IMG/VR virus record: IMGVR_UViG_3300016476_000174
Span: 1 to 64,000 of that record
Source of the DNA: a virus
Strand: one strand, 5' to 3'
Length of the DNA: 64,000 bases
Numbering within the stretch: position 1 is the first letter of the stretch; each line of letters opens with the position of its first letter. The translations under genes and the position numbers were made by a program. This document shows positions 57,420-64,000 of the stretch, in pieces. The notes beneath the pieces were generated by a model that saw only the letters and a list, made by a program, of their open reading frames with translations, was not told where the DNA came from and made no database searches.

Positions 57420-58736
57420 TTAAACATTATGAGTAAATTCAGATATCTTACCTTTAGTTAAGTCATGAATTTCCATAACTGCTTGACGCTTAGATCCTGT
57501 AAACTTGTTATGGTAGTGCCAGTAATCTGACTTAGAAAGAGAAGGTAAGTGTTTTATTGTAAAACCATGAACCTCATTATCTGTAACAAACTCAGTAACC
57601 TTTTTTGTATGGAAGTGTCCTGTATAACATGTACGAAAACTTGTATGTCCCCATTGAACTGGAAACTCTGTAGCATATACAAGAGCGGTCATCTTTTTAG
57701 TAACATCACCATGCTCAAATGCAAAGAAGTTTTGACCCCAGGTCACAACCTTTCTTTCTTCATATGTAGCATTAAATGTAATAGAGATCTCTTGAGAGAA
57801 GCATTTAGACAGAGCATGTACTAAATGATAGGAAGATAAACGATCATGGTTACCAGGTAAGTAAACTACTTCTAGTTCTTTACAGAACTGTTTAATAAAA
57901 TTAACTGACCAGAACATGGCATCAAAAGCCTCATCATAGGCATCCTGAGCTCTAAGATCAGAATCTACTGGCGTACCCTTAGTAGTTAATCCACTAAATG
58001 TATCCATGTTTAAAAGGTCACCACCTATAACATATATGATCTTTTCTACATTATGTGAGTGATAGGATCTTAATACAAGACTCTTAATGCTTTCTTTAAA
58101 GTCATCAATTACAGAAAGATTACCTTCTTTACCAAAGTGGAGATCCTGAATAGACAAGATCCCCACAGTTGGATTATCAAATTTGTCATTAACAAATACC
58201 TCTGCAACGGGTTTGTATGACGGGTTAAAATTCTCTAAAGTTTCTTGTAATAAGTCTTTGGGTTCCAAGACTTTCTGTGTAACCATGGCTGAGATTAGCC
58301 AATAGTCTTTGTGTTGTTTGTTCCAATAGGAACTAAGTTTCCACTTATCAGTGTCAATTTTTAATATCCTAATTATCTCTTCTGGACTCTTAGGCTCTGA
58401 GAAGGCTATACCTTTAATCTCAGCTACACCTTCTTCAAGGTTTTCCTTCCATTCTACGACCTTTTCTTTAGTTTGGTTGATAGTATCTACCAAATGATTT
58501 TCAAGGTCTGTAATGTACTGATTTTTGATTGTATCATCATCTATCAGTTCCAACATTCTCTTACCTACTAGATTGACTAAACTACTATCTAACTCATTCT
58601 GTAGTAGGTCTTTAGTCTGTAAGATTTGTTTCTTAATCTCTTGGTATTTTTGTAGTGAAATACCTAACTTTGAAGCACAGACCTCGTCAGTTTTTTTCCA
58701 TCTGAGAGAGCCATACACCTGATTGATTAACGTCAT
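57420..58736 (-). CDS. Calcineurin-like phosphoesterase/nuclease with N-terminal HTH-like region
   Basis: QDLHFG, GGDLLN.D, PGNHD, EHGD and GHFH motifs; CASKLGIS near the N-terminus. Confidence 0.82.
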   Translation of the reverse strand: MTLINQVYGSLRWKKTDEVCASKLGISLQKYQEIKKQILQTKDLLQNELDSSLVNLVGKRMLELIDDDTIKNQYITDLENHLVDTINQTKEKVVEWKENLEEGVAEIKGIAFSEPKSPEEIIRILKIDTDKWKLSSYWNKQHKDYWLISAMVTQKVLEPKDLLQETLENFNPSYKPVAEVFVNDKFDNPTVGILSIQDLHFGKEGNLSVIDDFKESIKSLVLRSYHSHNVEKIIYVIGGDLLNMDTFSGLTTKGTPVDSDLRAQDAYDEAFDAMFWSVNFIKQFCKELEVVYLPGNHDRLSSYHLVHALSKCFSQEISITFNATYEERKVVTWGQNFFAFEHGDVTKKMTALVYATEFPVQWGHTSFRTCYTGHFHTKKVTEFVTDNEVHGFTIKHLPSLSKSDYWHYHNKFTGSKRQAVMEIHDLTKGKISEFTHNV

Positions 58737-58822
58737 AGTTGTTTGGATTGGGTATATGGTGTATAAAGTTAGTAGATCTTATTTAATAATATTACTTTTT
58801 ATACACAAAATATCAACATTCT

Positions 58823-58859
58823 AAAAAAATTAGCCTCCGATGTAGAAACACCAGAGGCT
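58823..58859 (-). terminator. Intrinsic terminator
   Basis: Minus strand AGCCTCTGGTGT-TTCT-ACATCGGAGGCT followed by AATTTTTTT. Confidence 0.7.
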
Positions 58860-58905
58860 TTGTTTGTCAGGTGGAAACCAACAAAACCACTGACTTTTTT
58901 ATATC

Positions 58906-59598
58906 TTAATCACCTACATATGATGCTCCTGGACAAGATCCTCCAGAAGAATTACCAACACATACACCACTAAGTGTAGTTGTGCCAGTAGAAGTATTTG
59001 CACCACCGTTAACTGTCATAATAGTTAAAGATGCAGACATCATACTAGCTGTAGAATTATTTGTAAAAATTGAAGTATTAATATTAACTGTTCCTCCAAC
59101 TGGAATAGTGATGTTTTTAAATAACTCTAAGCTAACACCAGCACTAGACCCTGGTTGATAACACCCACTAGTTCCAGAAGCTGAAAAGCTTGGAGTTGTA
59201 GATCCCATAGTTGCACTTAACCACGCTGTATTTGTAGGGCTAAGTAAACCAGAAATGGCTAGTCTCACTCTAACAATATTACCTACAGTTCCAGTTAGTA
59301 TATAGTTACCATAACCACTGCTGCATACAGTACCTACGGCCAAAGTAGCAGCACCACTTGAACCAGCCACACCTGTAAAAGTAGCAGGAGTTGAATAGTT
59401 TCCACCACCACAAGCAGCTTCTACAGTACCACTGTATGAAGTACCATTAAGACCAGTAATTACTACAGGAGAACTAGTTGGGTTAGGTGTAATAACAATA
59501 GCACTAGCTGGACTATTAGTAGGCCAGTAAGTAACTCTATATCCTCCTTGAGGATCAGGGTTTGTCTCTGCAAAGGTTATAGTTAGTGTGTTAGACAT
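58906..59598 (-). CDS. FN3-like domain virion/fibre protein
   Basis: GYRVTYWP...PVVITGL..TSYSGTVEAAC; Ser/Thr/Gly-rich. Confidence 0.65.
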   Translation of the reverse strand: MSNTLTITFAETNPDPQGGYRVTYWPTNSPASAIVITPNPTSSPVVITGLNGTSYSGTVEAACGGGNYSTPATFTGVAGSSGAATLAVGTVCSSGYGNYILTGTVGNIVRVRLAISGLLSPTNTAWLSATMGSTTPSFSASGTSGCYQPGSSAGVSLELFKNITIPVGGTVNINTSIFTNNSTASMMSASLTIMTVNGGANTSTGTTTLSGVCVGNSSGGSCPGASYVGD

Positions 59599-59794
59599 GA
59601 GTATTAATCCAGTTTGTTACGTCTTCATTAGATATTAGTACTTGACTAAGCTCTCCATTATTTTTCATTACGATAAAAAAGTCTTCTTCAAACTTTTTAT
59701 AAATAATAAACTCATGACCGTTTTGAACAATAGGATCTTCTTTAGTATAGTCTACACCTAAATTACTGACAATTATATTAGTTAAATGTTTCAT
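59591..59794 (-). CDS. Hypothetical protein
   Basis: 67 aa, coupled to both neighbours. Confidence 0.5.
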   Translation of the reverse strand: MKHLTNIIVSNLGVDYTKEDPIVQNGHEFIIYKKFEEDFFIVMKNNGELSQVLISNEDVTNWINTHV

Positions 59795-60912
59795 TATACG
59801 GCAGGAGTGGTTGTATCATTAATATCAATGTTACCTACATTAGTAGTTCTATTATAAGTAATCACTGCAATTCTTTGACCTCTAGTAAGGTTAGCTGAAA
59901 CGGCTGGAACTTCTAAATCAGATGATCCAGTTGCTAAACCACCACCATCTCTATAAGCTGTAATTACTTTACTAGAAGATGTTCCTGAGAATGTACCAGT
60001 AGCTGTAGGATTTGTAAAGTTATAAGCAGGATTACCAGCCGATCCTTGTTTAACCATACAACCACCTTTATAAAGAGTAAAACCAATACTTACTGGTTGA
60101 ACACCAACTTCTCCCCACCATATAGCTCTACAATCAATTACTATTTCATTCTGACCTGTAGGTATCTGAGTAAAGTCAATCATTGTAGACTCATAACCTG
60201 TTAATAGGTTATCACTTCCCCAAATAGCTAATGGTTTAATTGCTACGTTACACACATTACCACTTTCTATATAACTAGCAGATTGTGGTGTTCTAGTATA
60301 TTGACCATAGCCAATATACCTAGTAGCTGCATTTTGATCTGCATATGTAGTACCTTCTATAGAAACAATTCTTGTTCTTGTATCTAAATCTCTACCATCA
60401 GAGAACTGATAAGTGACAACCATGTAATCTGCATCAAATGTAAATGATGTTTGACCCACTTCAATAGTCTCACTTTTTGTGCAAGATGTAACAGTATCTG
60501 TCACAGTTACTGTATAACTCACTCCAGCACTAAGTCCTGTAGCTGTCTGCGTTGTTTGTACAGGAGATGTATTCCAACTATAAGTGTAAGTTCCAGATCC
60601 GCCCGTAACAGATGTTACAGTAGCTGTACCATTTGTTCCAGCTTGATTAGTTGGGTTTGTAGTATTAACAACAAGAGCTAGTTCACAAACTTGATCTTCA
60701 AAGCTTACTCTTGTAGAATTACCAAAGCTACAAACAGACTCAATTGTACCTGTATAAGATGTAGCTGTTAATCCTGAAATAACTACTGGACTACTTGTAG
60801 CAGTAGTTGTTTGAATATTAGTAGGATTACTTGTTGGCCAATATCTAACCAGGTATCCTCCAGATGGTGCTGGAGAAGCTGCAGTAAAACTTATAGTTAG
60901 TTCGTTAGCCAT
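59794..60912 (-). CDS. FN3-like plus SprB-repeat virion/fibre protein
   Basis: N-terminal FN3-like domain; NGTATV..TGG.G.YTYSW...ATGLSAG.YTVTVTD; C-terminal DLDTRT domain. Confidence 0.7.
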   Translation of the reverse strand: MANELTISFTAASPAPSGGYLVRYWPTSNPTNIQTTTATSSPVVISGLTATSYTGTIESVCSFGNSTRVSFEDQVCELALVVNTTNPTNQAGTNGTATVTSVTGGSGTYTYSWNTSPVQTTQTATGLSAGVSYTVTVTDTVTSCTKSETIEVGQTSFTFDADYMVVTYQFSDGRDLDTRTRIVSIEGTTYADQNAATRYIGYGQYTRTPQSASYIESGNVCNVAIKPLAIWGSDNLLTGYESTMIDFTQIPTGQNEIVIDCRAIWWGEVGVQPVSIGFTLYKGGCMVKQGSAGNPAYNFTNPTATGTFSGTSSSKVITAYRDGGGLATGSSDLEVPAVSANLTRGQRIAVITYNRTTNVGNIDINDTTTPAV

Positions 60913-60922
60913 TAATTATATA

Positions 60923-61351
60923 TTATCTTAAACATGCACCAATACGTGTAAACTGACCACCAGATACTGTTCCTTCTATAGCACAGATAGTTTGTGGAGC
61001 TAACGAATTGTTATAAATAGATAATGGTTGAGAACTATCACATGGTGTATATGTATAATCACCACTGCTTAATAGTTCATAGCTTGCACAACTTGTAGCT
61101 ACACCAGTTACACCAAATGTTTCTAACTCATTAAGTTCACCAGTTCCACAATCAGCTAAAATCTTTCCTTCAATACTATAACAAGTAGGAACATTAGGAA
61201 TAGTAATAGGGTTAGTAGTTTTATTAGCTACAGTATTCCAAGTTGTACTACCGACAGCTCTCCATTGAATTGTATAACCATTTGCTGGTAAGATATTACT
61301 AGCAGAAGTATAATTAATTACTAACGTTTTAGTTGTTGAACAAGGTAACAT
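60923..61351 (-). CDS. FN3-like Cys-rich virion protein
   Basis: GYTIQWR...IEGKILADCG; C-terminal YTPC...ICA module. Confidence 0.6.
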   Translation of the reverse strand: MLPCSTTKTLVINYTSASNILPANGYTIQWRAVGSTTWNTVANKTTNPITIPNVPTCYSIEGKILADCGTGELNELETFGVTGVATSCASYELLSSGDYTYTPCDSSQPLSIYNNSLAPQTICAIEGTVSGGQFTRIGACLR

Positions 61352-61363
61352 ATATTAATTGGT

Positions 61364-62020
61364 TTATACGATAGTTCCAGTTCCAGATACTTTAACAGGA
61401 GATCCAGTAAATGCTTTAAATGTTTGAGGAGTTCCTTGTACTACAGAAATATTAAATATCTGATGATTAGATCCTGTAGCTTTAATTACAGTTGCACCGC
61501 CAGATAATGCAGTAGTAGGTACAGCAGATGCTACAAAAGTTGTTGTGTTTGTAATAGATAACACTGTACTGCCTGCAGCAAATACTCCAGTTCCAGCTGT
61601 TACTTCTAATGTCATACCTACAGCTAAACCCGTTGTAGATCCAACAGTAATAGCAGCACCACTACTTGTAGCTCCTGCAGTAGAAGTATATACAGGACCA
61701 AGTCCTAAGTAACTTACTACCATTGGAGTAGTTGTAGTAGATGTAGCTGTATAGTTAATCAAAGGAATAGTTGGACTAACTAAACCATTTAAAACTTTAT
61801 GTAGCTTAGTTAATACAGTAAGTAAACGATCACCGTTAACAATACCTAAAGCTGGAAGATTTGGTCCAGCAAATTTTATACAATCTGTATATGCAATCTC
61901 ATCACATGGCTCACCTGCAGGACAAGGAGGTAGACTCACTGTATTTGTAGGAGAGCAATCTGCACAACCATCGTTACAGTTAGACAAAGGAAGAGAAGTA
62001 TCGTTACAACCGCATGACAT
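61364..62020 (-). CDS. Cys-rich fibre/adaptor protein
   Basis: DCIKFAGPNLPALGIVNGD.L..VL.KL motif; ITVGSTTGLAVGM beta domain. Confidence 0.6.
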   Translation of the reverse strand: MSCGCNDTSLPLSNCNDGCADCSPTNTVSLPPCPAGEPCDEIAYTDCIKFAGPNLPALGIVNGDRLLTVLTKLHKVLNGLVSPTIPLINYTATSTTTTPMVVSYLGLGPVYTSTAGATSSGAAITVGSTTGLAVGMTLEVTAGTGVFAAGSTVLSITNTTTFVASAVPTTALSGGATVIKATGSNHQIFNISVVQGTPQTFKAFTGSPVKVSGTGTIV

Positions 62021-62045
62021 ATCTTTAAGTATTTAAATGTTTTAA

Positions 62046-62600
62046 TTAAGTTTCAGGTGCTAAAGTTGCTACTACGTTTGTAGGAATGCTACATACAGGA
62101 GGAGCAGTTGTACTAACACTGTTAAATTCACAATCAGTTTTAGTTATTGATCCAGCTGTTGGTACAACTTTTAATTTATAAGTAGTTGATGCTGTTAATC
62201 CTGTTATTGTACCAGTACGTGTTGTAGTACCTGTAGGAGTAGATGTACCTACTTCTGTTGTACCGGCTGAATTATATAGTTTAACTACGTATGAGTCAAC
62301 ATCACCACCAATTTCTGGAAAACTATAACTAACAGTTGTATCAGTAGAAGTAATTGTAACAGTAGGACACAGTATATTAATCTTAGTGATTACAGCACTA
62401 GGAGCTGGTGTTCCACCAGAACAATTAGTTACTATTCTAAAATTATATAATAAGTTACTGTCAAGACCTGTTACTGTTTCAGTAGTAGCACTACCACCAA
62501 CTGTACTAAATGTTATCCATGTACTAGAGGTGCTCAGTTTATACTGAACATTCTGTGTAGTAGCCCCCGGACCAATAGACCAAGATAACGTTGCGTTCAT
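62046..62600 (-). CDS. Tandem FN3 domain protein
   Basis: LSW...VQYK...VTGL...YNFRI and TITGLTASTTYKLKV. Confidence 0.75.
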   Translation of the reverse strand: MNATLSWSIGPGATTQNVQYKLSTSSTWITFSTVGGSATTETVTGLDSNLLYNFRIVTNCSGGTPAPSAVITKINILCPTVTITSTDTTVSYSFPEIGGDVDSYVVKLYNSAGTTEVGTSTPTGTTTRTGTITGLTASTTYKLKVVPTAGSITKTDCEFNSVSTTAPPVCSIPTNVVATLAPET

Positions 62601-62601
62601 A

Positions 62602-63843
62602 TTATTCTAATGTTGCACTTACAGATGTAATGATAGGACATGGTACTGGTACATCAAATGTAGCCACTTTAGAACATGTATTACCACTCTTGCTTACACA
62701 GCCTTCAACTGTTACAGTGTAGTTTTGACTAGCATTCAACGCTGCACCAGATACTGTAAATGTTACACCATCTGTATCAGTTTGAGCTGCTACTAAATCT
62801 ACATATCCTGTAAAGATGTGACCAGAAGTATCTTTAATTGTAACTTTAGATCCTTGAGCATTACAGTTTGCAAAACCTGCAGGAACCACTGTACTACCAG
62901 AGAAGAATAATGTAACTTGTGTACGAGCTTCATTAGCTGCTGCACTAAATCCAAGAAGGAATGCAGAACAGTCAGTTGTACCAGCAGCATTTTTAAGATC
63001 ATAAATAGCTGATCTCATATCACATAATACAACCCATAAGTTTTTAATAGCCCCAGCTACTGTACCAGATAGAGCATCTCCTGTAGAAGGAACCCATCCT
63101 GTTAAACCACTCACATAGCCTGGTTGACTAAGAGCGTTTTGTGTAGCTAAGTTTTGACATTGTTGACCAACAGCTGCAGTTAAACCAGCGTTAGTTCCAA
63201 GTACACTTCTTAAATTACAATACTGTGCTTCTAACTCATCTAATACTAAATTCATAGCAGTAGGTGTTGAAGGAAGAATACAGTTAGGAGTCACTGTAGG
63301 TAGAGTTACACTAGGTGCATTCTCTAAAGCAGTAATTCTTGTATTATATGTAGCCAATGTAGTTGTATGACCATCTACAGTAGCTTTAAGAGTACAGTAT
63401 TGATTACCTAATCTTAAAGTGTATTGATTATGAACAAGTTGTGTAATAGTCTGACCAGTTGCTGGATCAGTATATTGTAAACAAGTTGGTAAAAGTAAGT
63501 TAGGTTCAGTATAAGAATTACCTCCGTTAGGTAAGTTTTCAATTGTTGTATTTAAACAACACACCTTTTCTATAATAAAATCCAACACTGCTGACAGGGT
63601 CTTATTAGTAGGGGCAGGATTTGTTGCCGAGCAAAATGAAACTAGACAAGATAAGTCTAAAGTAGATAAGTCTAAGGCTGACTGTATTGTACATAGCTGT
63701 GTTGCAAGCTTATATACTACATCAGAAACAGCATCACCGTTGCAGAGGTTAATGCAAGATAGATCCGGTCCTTGCCAAATTACACAATTTGAGGATACCG
63801 GAGAACAACCCTTATCAGCAGTATTGGATTTTGTAGGTAGCAT
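62602..63843 (-). CDS. Cys-rich coiled-coil fibre protein
   Basis: NCVIWQGPDLSCINLCNGD.V..V..KL; RITALEN coiled coil. Confidence 0.6.
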   Translation of the reverse strand: MLPTKSNTADKGCSPVSSNCVIWQGPDLSCINLCNGDAVSDVVYKLATQLCTIQSALDLSTLDLSCLVSFCSATNPAPTNKTLSAVLDFIIEKVCCLNTTIENLPNGGNSYTEPNLLLPTCLQYTDPATGQTITQLVHNQYTLRLGNQYCTLKATVDGHTTTLATYNTRITALENAPSVTLPTVTPNCILPSTPTAMNLVLDELEAQYCNLRSVLGTNAGLTAAVGQQCQNLATQNALSQPGYVSGLTGWVPSTGDALSGTVAGAIKNLWVVLCDMRSAIYDLKNAAGTTDCSAFLLGFSAAANEARTQVTLFFSGSTVVPAGFANCNAQGSKVTIKDTSGHIFTGYVDLVAAQTDTDGVTFTVSGAALNASQNYTVTVEGCVSKSGNTCSKVATFDVPVPCPIITSVSATLE

Positions 63844-63867
63844 ATAATATTGGGTATCAATAAGTTA

Positions 63868-64000
63868 TTAACAATCAACTACGTTGTCTGCACCAAACAG
63901 ACCTTCTAATTTAGTTTTAAGATGTGCATAACCAAATGCAAAAACATCTACACCTTCTGCAGAAGATAAATCAGGAACAACTTTTGTAACTGTCTCTTGC
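63868..64000 (-). CDS. 3' end of a hypothetical protein, truncated by the window edge
   Basis: Open frame ...QETVTKVVPDLS...GADNVVDC stop. Confidence 0.5.
   Translation of the reverse strand, partial: QETVTKVVPDLSSAEGVDVFAFGYAHLKTKLEGLFGADNVVDC

Noticed and set aside
58906-63843. Diversity-generating retroelement or invertible tail-fibre cassette
   Set aside because: No reverse transcriptase, recombinase or near-identical TR/VR repeat pair seen; the paralogs are diverged throughout
1-64000. Stop-codon reassignment as in some crAss-like phages
   Set aside because: Genes up to 12.7 kb are open in the standard code, and TAG (6930, 15788) and TGA end genes at sensible positions
23400-64000. 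Short + strand ORFs in the track (e.g. 27447, 30752, 33105, 41583, 56351, 60451)
   Set aside because: Antisense shadows of long minus-strand genes with no recognisable motifs
1-64000. tRNA genes or a CRISPR array
   Set aside because: Intergenic gaps are short; no cloverleaf or regularly spaced direct repeats seen by eye, though a tRNAscan run would be needed to be sure

Overview
This AT-rich window is a large part of a crAss-like (Crassvirales-related) podophage genome read in the standard genetic code. The host is probably an aerobic Bacteroidota, judged from TTTG-N19/21-TAnnTTTG promoters, an SprB repeat and a class Ia ribonucleotide reductase. There are three blocks. (1) 7-2169 (-): lysis cassette with a GH19 endolysin, holin candidates, a spanin-like protein and an unannotated 43-aa cationic peptide. 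(2) 2285-23386 (+): replication and nucleotide metabolism, including DnaB, an AAA ATPase split by a group I intron (5763-6714) carrying a GIY-YIG endonuclease, primase, HNH, PD-(D/E)XK nuclease, PolB, dNMP kinase, a spore-photoproduct-lyase-family radical SAM protein, metallophosphoesterase, HAD, NrdB/NrdA, MazG and a cREC receiver. (3) 23400-64000 (-): virion genes, including a 4237-aa virion RNA polymerase with an inserted NADAR domain, a 1648-aa nuclease-bearing cargo protein, three modular proteins punctuated by Phi-x-x-G-G linkers, tail proteins and an array of FN3/Cys-rich fibre or decoration genes. The best candidate for an undescribed system is the GG-linker polyprotein cluster at 43529-50225. 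Other strong leads are the NADAR inside the RNA polymerase, the SP-lyase homolog, the intron site and a three-copy late-promoter motif. All calls come from reading motifs by eye; no searches were run.
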